DNA of 64,000 nucleotides from Gracilinanus agilis. Taxonomy: Eukaryota. The position numbers were made by a program, and so were the translations under genes. Shown piece by piece: positions 46,001 to 56,589 of the stretch. Location: the NCBI RefSeq assembly GCF_016433145.1, contig NC_058131.1:601381775-601445774 (forward strand), read 5' to 3'. How positions within the stretch are numbered: the stretch's first letter is position 1; every line of letters begins with the position of its first letter. Below the pieces are notes generated by a model. The model searched no databases and was not told the origin of the DNA. It saw only the letters and a list, made by a program, of their open reading frames with translations.

Positions 46001-48243
46001 AGTTCTGGATTTAGTGCTAGAGGGACTTTACTTTAAATCTTGGATTTGCCACTCATTACCTGTGATCATAAGCAAGTCACTTAAAATCTCTGGACCTGTT
46101 AAGTTCTTTCGTTTGTAAAATTAGGAGGTTGAGTTAGGTGACCTCTAAAGGTAATGTTTTTAGCATTCTTGTGCTAAATACAATCCCCTACTAAGTTTTG
46201 AGTTCCTGGAGGCTAGGTACTCTGTCTTAATTGAACTTTATTTCTTCTTAGTACCAAGCACAGTGTTGTGAAAGCACTTAATAAAGGTTTGCTGAATTAG
46301 TTAATGAATAGGGAAAATGGCAAAGAGATCCAAATCAATATCAGCATACAGCCATCTGTAGAGTGCATGGAGTCATCAGGGATGAGGCTGGAGTTCAAAT
46401 AAGAGAGCTTGTTCTTTCTGACTGGAAGAATCCTAGGGGGGAATTTCCATGGGGAAAATGGCATTTGAATTGGGTTTTGACAAATAGATAGAATTTCTAT
46501 AGGCAAAAGTAGGTAAAAAAGGGTATTTGAAATATAAAGAGCGGGTTCAACAAAGGAAGATACTTAAGTCAGTTCTGGATGTGCTTTGAGAGTCTAGTTA
46601 GCTATATAGCATGGGGTACCTGAAGTGGGGAAGTGAGTTGGCACCAGATCTTGGAGAACCTTGAAAGAGCCAGAAAAAGTTTGGGTTATATTCTTAAGGT
46701 TTTTTAGCAGGTTAGTGACCTGTGCAAAAAAAAAAAAAAATATGAAGTAGCTTGCAAAAATATCAGGATTCCAATAGCCTAGGAATTAGGGAGCAGAGAA
46801 ATATGATGAAGTCTGATTTAGAATTGAGCGTTAACAGGGCAATAGCAACAAAAGGCATGGGGTATTTAGGAATTCCAAAACAGGTAGCAAATGGTTGAAT
46901 ATTGGTTAATACAGACATCCAGACTGAATGGGGGAAACAAATGAAGCTAGAATAGGCAAGATAGATTGGAAAAATAGGGAAGAATTATGAAACTAGAGGT
47001 TTATAAAGGTGAATAGAAAACTTAGAAAGGTTGTAATTCATTATGGAGAGGCAAATGCAGATTCTCTCTACTTAACAGAATTAGTTAAACAAATGTCAGC
47101 TTGGTATTTATTGTACAAGAAATCATGTTAGTTTTTATAGAAATACAATTATTGTCCCTAATTTTTCTTAACATGTCTGGGTAGCTGTCTGGTAACCTGA
47201 TTGTGTGAGGTAAATAGTCCTGAGGCATGAAAGGAAATGGATTAGGGATTCCCAAAGGCAGTGCGTTGTTCTGAGGGTGTACCACTTAATTTGTCTTTTG
47301 CCATCTGTTGTTTTCATTCTAGATGTCTGAAACAACAGAAAAAACAAATTCTGTTCCAGAAAATTGGGAGAGAGATGATGGCCTCAGGTGCCCCACAAAG
47401 GATCCTGAGCAGGAATGCCATGGTGCAGATCAGGTAAGAACAATTATATTCTCTTGTGGAGTCTCATATCCTAAGAGTAAAAATCCTGATGAAAAACCTA
47501 AAGCTCCTCATAGCCAAGGTTAGGGTAAGGGACAGCTCTGGGGGACTATGGAGCTAAAACCTTTTAGGGCCTCAACCTATAGTTAGTCATTCCTTGTTGG
47601 AAGCAGCCTTAAAGTTGAGATTTGTGTATCCTGAGGCTGTAAATTTAGGTGATACCATGTAAGGTCCAGTCCATTTCTCCTCACTGAGCCAATTTGGTTG
47701 TGACTATTTATAAGCATCCTATTTTGTGCTTTCAGAAGTCTTATTCGTTCTTTAGCTACTGCTGTTAGGAATGAATTTTGCTGACATTCTTCACAGCTTA
47801 GAATCTGATCCATTCTCTCTAGGTATTTACATAAGGAATTCTCTAAGGATTGGTCAGTTTCCAGATTAGCTGAAGGCTTTGGAGTCAGCACTGATGTGAT
47901 CAGAAGGGTTTTAAAGAGTAAGTTTGTTCCCACATGGAAGCAGGAAATAAAACAAGATCAGAAGATTCTCAGCAAAACTAGGATCATCCACCATCCACAG
48001 CAGAAACTGACCTCACGGGAGCAGCCAATACTACCAGCTTTTACAGGTTACCTGGTCTCAGGATCTCGGCTAAAGTCAGGATGTGAGGCTCTGCCACCAT
48101 GTGTCCATCGAAAAGGCCAATATTACAATTCAACTTTACCAGAAATGGAGAGGAATTCTAAAGCTTGGAAAATCAAAAGAAGCCAGAAAGTTAGGGGCAA
48201 AGTATCTCAGAGATTGGGGAGGGAGAAGTGGGCTGGCTACTAA
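42649..48243 (+). CDS. NGRN: Neugrin (mitochondrial ribosome assembly factor), C-terminally truncated as assembled (239 aa)
   Basis: Exons 42649-42836, 47323-47433, 47823-48243. DPDSDWEPERELQELE, QKKQILFQKI, YLHKEFSKDWSVSRLAEGFGVSTDVIRRVLKSKF. Confidence 0.92.
43330..45720 (+). mobile_element. Degenerate L2 ORF2/3' fragments in NGRN intron 1 (L1 3' fragment on - at ~45020-45320)
   Basis: cttgacctatct...gcatttgacaccattgat resembles the L2 RT motif LDLS-AFDT-D; pyrimidine-rich L2 composition. Confidence 0.7.
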
Positions 48244-48363
48244 GTAAGGAGAAAGAAGAGGAGGTGGTAAAGAAACCAGAGACAGGTGGTGAGGAATTCA
48301 GCAGCAAAGTATTTCAGAAAGGGAAGAATTTCTTTGATAGCAAACTTTCTTTATAGGATCTGA
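48195..48363 (+). other. Out-of-frame remnant of the NGRN C-terminus (EEFSSKVFQKGKNFFDS / NFLYRI*)
   Basis: Matches the human FSSKVVQRGREFFDSNGNFLYRI but in shifted frames beyond the TAA at 48241. Confidence 0.85.
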
Positions 48364-48377
48364 GCAGGAATTTATCA

Positions 48378-48396
48378 TATATATGAGATTATATAA

Positions 48397-48427
<31 letters not shown>

Positions 48428-48450
48428 TACACACACATATATATATATAT
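48378..48450. repeat. (TA)n/(CA)n compound microsatellite in NGRN 3' UTR
   Basis: Read directly. Confidence 0.93.
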
Positions 48451-48694
48451 AAGCAGGAAGGAAGAACAGTGCTACAAGTTTGGTATTTTCTTTGTACCTG
48501 AATATATTCCCAAATTGCTGCCTATTATTTAGCTGTCCTGAATTGGGAAGTGCTGTAGTTCTTGGAGTAAGAGAATATCCATGAGATTCTGGACTTCCAT
48601 ATGCCAAAAATGGTAAGTCATGCATGGCAACTATATGATGGAAAAAAACTGTTGCTGCCTCTCGTTTCTTGATCTCTTGGCAATAGCCATTGAG

Positions 48695-48930
48695 GTGGTG
48701 CTATAGACAGAGCACTGGACCTGGAATTTGGAAGACCTGAGTTCATATCTCACTTAGACACTTTCTACTGGTGTGATCCTAGTTAACTCTTTTCTCAATT
48801 TCCTCATCTGTAAAATAAGGATAATAGTAGCACCTACTTTTCCTGGGTTGTTGTGACAATAAAATAAGATAATATTTGTAAAGTACTTTGCAAACCCTGA
48901 AGTGCTACATAAATGTTGTTATTATTATTA
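48695..48930 (+). mobile_element. MIR SINE, near full length
   Basis: gacctgagttcatatctcac...caatttcctcatctgtaaaataagg...aaagtactttgcaaaccctgaagtgctacataaatg. Confidence 0.85.
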
Positions 48931-49070
48931 AACAGTGCTCTAATTACAAAATTAGTAGAGATTCTGTAGAACAGATGTGCATCTTCAATTGAAGATTCTC
49001 TGAATCACATTCATCATTACTGAGGGGCTATCAAAGCAGAGACCCAGGAACTTTATCCATTTCATGTTAC

Positions 49071-49076
49071 AATAAA
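49071..49076 (+). terminator. Candidate NGRN poly(A) signal AATAAA
   Basis: AATAAA downstream of the MIR; other sites are possible. Confidence 0.35.
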
Positions 49077-49804
49077 GCCACTTAACATTGTGAAGGGTTG
49101 TCTTCTGGCTTAATGCACAGCTTTAAGAGTCTGGTCCTGAGAGATGCAGTTAAGGAGTAGTAGAAAGTTGCCTTTTGGCTTGATAGCCCAAGCAGCCTAG
49201 AACTTAGAAGGAACAGGTTTCCTTGTATGAAAAATAAAATGCCTCAATATTTCAATGCATTGTTTTGTATGAAAAACTAAATGATATATAATTAGGATAA
49301 TCTGTCAAGAGTGTTACTGGGATCATGAAAATGGGTTCCTTATGCACTGAGAAAGTTGGAGGCAGGCAGGAGGAGGAAAAAACAGAACAGAGAAAAATCA
49401 CCAGTTTCTTAGGTATTTGAAAGCAAATTTAGAGTTTCTCCCTTGGGCAATGCCACCATACCTGTGAGATACCCTTAGATTTGTTTTAAGTAGGGTAGGG
49501 CATGAATAAATCCCTAAATATTTTCTGCAAAATAATTTAGCTAACAAAGCTAAGAAACTAATGTGTTTTCTGTGACTGCAATTTGACTATTCTGTTATAC
49601 TGAAGAAAAATGTCTAGCGTAGAGGATTTTGAGGGAAAAAAGAAATGAAGGTAACTTGAGAAAAAGTAATCCTGGCAGAAGCTCCAGAATTAGAATCATC
49701 AGTAAAAATTCTTGTCTTATACTCCCCTCACCCCCAGGCTAAATAGTTGTCTATTGAATTTTTCAAAAATACTTCATTTTACTGAATTAAGTTGGCCTCT
49801 ATAT

Positions 49805-49977
49805 CAGTGGTTCCCAAACTTTTTTGGCCTAACGCCCCCTTTCCAAAAAAGATATTACTTAGCCCCCTGGAAATTAATTTTTTTTTTAATTTTAATAGCA
49901 ATTAATAGGAAAGATAAATGCACCTGTGGCCATCACTACCCCCTGAATTGCTGCAGCACCTACTTTGGGAATCACTG
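49805..49977. mobile_element. Young hAT (Charlie-type) MITE
   Basis: TIRs CAGTGGTTCCCAAA / TTTGGGAATCACTG (13/14); 8-bp TSD ctctatat vs ctct(t)atat. Confidence 0.88.
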
Positions 49978-50349
49978 CTCTTATATGAATAGATGAATCT
50001 ATTTATTTTAGTCCAGTTAGTATATAGGATCTAAATTAGATCCTACCAGCAAGCTTGTGGCTTGATGCCCATTTGTAAACAAGTTATTGTCTCACTCTGA
50101 TATGCTAGTACAGATTAGAATGTGGATGTCCAATATTTAAATAAATATAAGGTTTTATTCTTAGATAAAACATTTGGGAAACCAATTCAGGAGTAATTGG
50201 AATGCTCATTGTTTTGTTTTGGATTTTTTTTCCCCCTGCAAATGGAGTCTATAATTTGAATACAAATTCAGTTATAGACCAGTTATTTTATTTTGTTTTG
50301 AAGTTAGAAGTGCTTTCTTCAAGTAATATACAATAGCTGGATAGTGATT

Positions 50350-52330
50350 TAAGCTCCTCTGCTATATGCAAAAGCACCAGTGCTGGATCCTGGGAGAGAT
50401 ACAAAAGGTAAATGAAGATATTTTCTAATTTTAAGGGATTTAAAATCAAATGGTGATAAGAAGGGGGCACAGATAACTTTAATACAAACATAGAATATGA
50501 TGAGTACATCAGAAAGATAGAAAGTACTAAGAGAGTTGAAGATTTAGCAAAAATTTCCTGGAAGTAACATTTGAATCTTGAGGCTTTTAATGGATGGTAG
50601 GATTTCATCAAGTGGAAATGAGTATGAAAGACATGTGAGGTGTAGGCAACAGAAAACAGGATATTTTCCTGGATCAGTGAGACCACATGGCTCAGAACCT
50701 CATGCTAAATAGACTAAGAAATATAAGGACATGAATTTAGTATACATCAAATTCTATTGTTTAAAGAGAGTTCAGGATTATCATAAAATTGTCATAGGAT
50801 AGCTTTGTAATGAGTACTCCTTTATTTTGGCCATCCTTTGAATGGGGGGGAATACAATAGAATAAATAGTTTTAGAACCCCAAACTTATAAGGTACTATG
50901 CTAGTCACTATGGGAAATACAAATAAATTTAAGATAATTCTTGCCCTCTGAGAGTTTACTTTCTCACTCTTGGGAGTCAGAAGGGTTTTAATTTTTGCCA
51001 TTTTATCTCTTATCTGGGGCAAATCATTTTACCTCTCTGAAATTCAGCTTTCTTAGCCTATTAAATGATAGTTGGATTATGGTCTCTAAGGATCTTTATA
51101 TTTCTTAAGAATTCTGATTCTATTATTCAAGTTGAGACAAGATCATATATGTATGAAAAGTTAACAAAATATTTAAGTCCAAGGTAATAATCCAGTAATC
51201 TTACATTTTAGAATTTGAAGGTCATAAGGTCATGAGATAATCTGGCCCAAATGTATTTCTTTCAGACAATTGTTATTTCTAATTTTCAGAGGAGGAAATT
51301 AAATCCCAGATAGGTTAATGACTTGCCTTGAGGTCATAGAGATTTTTAGTAGCAGTTACAACTAGAATCCAGGTCTCATGATTACCCAGACAGGGCTTTT
51401 TCCCACTATACTACTTTCCTATAAGAAAAAGATGAAGGATAGTTAGTTGTTTAAAAATAGTTTTAAAAGTGAATGCTAATTTGGCCTTCAACATTTCCTA
51501 TAAAGTAGAAAAGTAAATAATACAATAGAAAATTAGTAGTAGTAATGAAGGGCTACCTTGGTTTTTGAGAAAACATTTAGTCAATAAATATTTATTAAGC
51601 ATCTACTATGCCAGGCATTGTGCTAGCACTGAGGTTATAAAAAAATCAAAAGATGGGAGCAGCTGGGTGGCTCAATGGATTGAGAGTCAGACCCAGAGAC
51701 AGGAGGTCCTGGGTTCAAATTTGGCCTCACACACTTCCTAGCTTTGTGACTCTGGGCAAGTCACTTAACACCCTCATTGCCTAGCCCTTACCACTCTCCT
51801 GCCTTAGATCCAATACCCAGTGTTGATTCTAAGAAGGTAAGGGTTTAAAACAAACAAAATGAAAAAAAAAATCAAAAGAAATATTGTCCTTATCCTCAAG
51901 GAGCTTACAATCTAATGGAGGAGGCAACATGCAAAGAAATATGTTCAAACAAGCCACGGGATGAATACAAGATTATTCAAAAAGGGAAGGGGTTCTGGAT
52001 TTAAGAAGGGTAGGAAAAGGCTTCCTGTAGAATATGTGTTTTTAGTTGGGACTTAAAGGAAATCAGGGTAGCCAGTAAATGGAGATAAGGCAAATCATTC
52101 CAGGCATGGGGGACAGCCAGAGAAAATGTTCATAGCTAGGATATGGTCTTATTTGTGGAATAGTTAAGAGGCCAGTGTCACTGGATCAACAAGCCCATGT
52201 TAGGAGAGTAATCTCTTAGAAGACTGCAAAGGTCAGAGGGGGCTGGATTACTGAGTAAGGGAGATGATACAATTTGGCCTACACTTTAAGAAAAATCACT
52301 CTGGTGGCCAGATAGAGTTAGGATTAGACT
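50350..52330 (-). mobile_element. Several degenerate L2 fragments
   Basis: Repeated reverse L2 tails such as aatatttattaagcatctactatgccaggcattgtgctagcactg. Confidence 0.6.
51656..51862 (+). mobile_element. SINE1_Mdo-like element with 14-bp TSD aaaaaatcaaaaga, inserted in L2
   Basis: Consensus match; TSD on both sides. Confidence 0.9.
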
Positions 52331-52769
52331 GGGGAAGAGTCTCAGGATAGATCAACTTATCAGCAGGCTCTTGCAAAAGGTATTTTTGTATATTTCAGTG
52401 AGTGGAGGACCTACTAAGCATCTAGACAAGCCTTTAAAGGCAGAATGTACCCTATATTGATGAATAACTGACTACTGCCTTTCAGGGGACTCCTGTCAAT
52501 ATAATACATATCTAAGACAGATATTCCTTCTCACTTCAGTATGCCAAAATCTTATCTGAGTATTTTATTTATCAATGTCTGTCTAGATCTATGTGATCTA
52601 TAAATAATTTATTATGCTGTGGTTAACTAGATGTTAAGCCTCTGAGCTAGGCTAGTCACAGTAAATGATTAACACTATTTGTCCAACTTTAGGCTTGTGC
52701 TCCACTAGTATAGCCTTTGAAATCCCAGAATCAGCCAAAATGTCAACATCACTCCATATCCCATCAGTC

Positions 52770-52990
52770 CAAAACAACATTTATATAGCATTTTAAAATT
52801 TGCAAAGCACTTTACATTTATCATTTAATTTGATTCCCACTACAACCCTGTGAAGTTGCTGAAATCTCCATTTTATAGAGGAGGAAACTGAGGTTTAAGA
52901 GTTAAGTGATTTGCCCATGGTCATAAAACTAGTAAGTGTCAGAAAAACAGGATTCAAATTTAGTTCTGACTCCCAAGGCCAGACTATCCA
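52770..52990 (-). mobile_element. MIR SINE
   Basis: ccattttatagaggaggaaactgaggtttaagagttaagtgatttgcccatggtcat. Confidence 0.8.
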
Positions 52991-55236
52991 CTCAACCCCC
53001 TAGCATTAGATATATAATAATGTAGACTGAAACAAGAAGTGATAGAAAATTCTTCCACAAAATGCCTTTTGAAATAAGAGCAGAGTGTCATGGGATTCAC
53101 TAATTACAACTTCACACCAGTGACTCAACAGATAACTTTTGAGCTTTGGCTGCAGTAGCTTTTATCCTTTTATTTCATCAATAGCTTAGTTTGAACCCTT
53201 CCACACATACTCACACCATCCTTACTGAGGGAAGAGCATCAGACTTGCCTAGACCTATGAGGACATGGCTCAGCAATTATAGAAGAATGGGAGATCCTGC
53301 AGTGATGAGCTGCCTTGAAAGGAGTAGGTTTTCATGCTGATGATGGAAGCATGGGGGGGAGTAGAAATTCAGCTTCAGTCCTCTCTAGAATTTTCACAAG
53401 AGAGGGGGATCTAGTAAAAACCAGCTCAAAGGGTTTGTAAAGGTAGAAATAGGTAGCAATAGGATGGGGAAGGGTCAAACAGTGAAGATGTCTTAATATA
53501 ACATTAATTAGAGGAGGATAAATATCAAGAAGGCCAGAGAAGAATGGGGACAAATTATTGAGACTTTTAATAAAGAAAAAGAAAAAATGAGTAACTACAA
53601 AAGGACCCAACCCAATGAATAATTATTTAGTTAAGCAGAACCATCTAATAAAAAGGAAAGCAGGACAAATTCTGTGAGACACCTCCTAGAAGTAATGGAA
53701 CACAATAGGAAGGCAGAATGGTTCAAAAGAGAAATTTTTTTTTTAAATGAAATCAGAATGAGAGGAGAAACTAATAATAAGACAAGAATAAAAAATCTAG
53801 GACATATGGCATAGAATCTCTCCAAAAACAAAAATTGCTCTGAAAAAAGAGTAATAGATTTGAAACCTTAAATGTATAAAACTGACTGAAGAAATTTGGA
53901 ATATAACAGTAGGGACCTGCACACAGACTAGATCTGGAAACCAAATGCTGCTTTAGCCTCCATTCCAAATAAGGAACTCGGGGAGACAGGAGAAGTCCAA
54001 AACTATAAGCCAGAGAATCCCATTGCTGCCCAGGAGAGTGGGGAGAGGGAATGATAACACAAATGCTTCTAACTCGCCAACATCAAATTCTGGCACTTCA
54101 AAATAACTGGCAGCCAGCATGATGTAGTGCAAGTAGAAAATTCAAGTAAATCTCAGGCAACTTAAGACTCCATAAATGTGTGTGATTTTACAAAAAGCCA
54201 TTTTGAACTATGGTTTTAAAAAAAAAAAACTCCTATATAGTTAATCATTTTAATAATGCTGTCCCAATCTCAAACTATGGAGCCTCTTTAATTAAAGAGC
54301 AGGAGAGGAACTGGTGATGAACCATTTGTTGTGGCAAAATGAAGTTCAAATTTTCCAAAAGGAATGGTTGTCTCTTGTAAGAAATGGCAACCTATCTTTG
54401 TAAATGTCTAGATTTCACATTTCCTAAGCAAATCCGCAGACATAGCCCCATTCCTACATAGCAGGTGATGTTTTGTTTAGTGGAAGTATTCTGAAAAGCT
54501 GTGATGGGGAAAGAAATAATCCCTCTCCTTTGGAAATAATGTAAATAATTTTGTTATAAATTATTTCTGACATTTATTGTAAAAAAATGGACCAGTGAAT
54601 AAAGAGAATCTAAGGGTTTGTATGACATGGAATCCAAATGCTCTAAATAAATGTTATTGTTTAAACAAACAAAAAAAAGCTGACCTTTAAGACAGGAGGT
54701 GAAGAAATAATTTAAGAGTTTTTGAAGTCTCCAGGAATGCACCAGAATTTAAAAGTCTATATACCATACTAGAAAAAATAACAAAGTTAACTGCCTGGAA
54801 AGTATTAAAAATGACAAGACGATGCTGAAAGTGATAGATCACCAATAGAGAGATACCTCAAGTTTAAATCAACAGGGAATATGATTAAACTTTTTTTAAT
54901 GTCAAATATTATAGATAACCAAAAGAAAGACTTTTAGCTATCAAACAAAATTAACTCAAAGAGGTCAGAGGTCTACTACCTGATAAATAAAATTCTGATA
55001 AGCCATTGAAAAATGTTCCAAAAAGTAAAGTTGAATGGGATATACTCTAAAATAACATTCTGCAAATCTTAGCATGGTCATCACTGAAACTTCAACACAG
55101 AGAAGTTTTTGGATCGATTCCTCCAAAAGAAATCAGGAGAGTAGCTTATCTGACATGCAAACACTTCAACTGAAAAACAAAAAAATGAGTACACTTAAGG
55201 CAGAAAAAAAATACAAACAACTGTTAGCTTCTAGAG

Positions 55237-55449
55237 CAGAGATCCTTCACCTAGGGTCCACAAACTTGGCACCTTTGTGTGTATATGTATGTATGTGTGT
55301 ACATTACAAATATGTACATGAACAGTATTTTTTAATGTTTTCCTGTGTAATCCTGTATATTTCATGCTTTTAAAATATTTCAAGAAGGGCTTCAAAGGCT
55401 TCACTAAATTGGTAAAAGGGCCTGACACCACAAAGGTTAAGAATCGCTG
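55237..55449. mobile_element. Older hAT-type MITE
   Basis: TIR-like cagagatcctt...aagaatcgctg; flanks ttctagag / ctctatgg resemble the Charlie NTCTAGAN target. Confidence 0.55.
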
Positions 55450-56351
55450 CTCTATGGGAAGACAACACCTTTAAAAAAAAATTCACAACAGTTGGAAGCC
55501 AAAAAAGATTATCTAGAGAGAAGAGAAAAAGGCTAAAAGATTTAAGGAGATTTAAAAAGGAAGGAGAAATGAAGGGGAAGAATATGATTACAATGGGAAG
55601 AAAGTGCTTGGGATTTGGAGGCAGAGCAATGAAGTTTGAATCCCTTCTTTGCCGTTTATTGCCTGTGTGACCTCAAACAAATCATCTTTTGGCCTCATTT
55701 CCCTCATCTGTAAAATGATTGAGATGAATTTAGTGATCTCTAAGATCCGTAATAGCTGTAAATCTGTAGTCCAATCGATTTAATCTGAGATAGGAAATTA
55801 TGATGTTAGGGTTTTAGTAAACTTTTTAAGGATTTACATCTAGGTCAACAGAATTCAGCTTTAAGTTGTACTGCTTTAATGCATCTGCAATCTTGTCAAC
55901 ATGGGCACTCTTCACCAGGGTAAATTGCAGACTATTCATACCATCTCATCCTGTGCAATTATGTTTTTCCATAAATTCTCTATAAAAAAAATATTTTGCA
56001 TGCTAGTGGACTCTTTCTAGGTCCAGTTTTCCTATCCTAGGATACATGAACTTAAAATTTTTTTGATATTTCATTATAATTGTTTTCCTTTGTAATTCTG
56101 TGTGATTTATTTTATGCATTTAAAAATATTGTTCAGACACTCCACTAGACTGCCAAAGTGGTCCATGATACTCCAACTTGTTATCTTTTATGATTACCAA
56201 TGTAACAATATTGGTGTTTATTGTCATTACATGATTGGCCTACTTCCATTTCCAATGAAATATACAACCTAATGGAGTCTTTTATGCCACTTCTTTTGCC
56301 CAAGCCATCATTGGTAATATGATATAGCTTACATGTCTTTCTTGTGTTTAA

Positions 56352-56510
56352 TTTTTTTTTTAAACCCTTACCTTCTGTCTTAGAATCAACTAAGGCAGAA
56401 GAGGAGGGGTAAGGATTAGGCAACTGGGGTTAAGTGACTTATGCAGGGTCACACAGCTAGTAAGTATCTGAGGCCAGATTTAAACAGTGGGTGAGGTACC
56501 CAGCTGCCCC
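56352..56510 (-). mobile_element. Marsupial SINE, reverse orientation
   Basis: ttttaaacccttaccttctgtcttagaatc...cccagctgcccc. Confidence 0.85.
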
Positions 56511-56589
56511 CATGAAATGTTTTTAAATGTAAAAAATAGTAAGATTGCCAAGGAAAACAATTATATTTAAATAGTTATTGAAATTGTTT

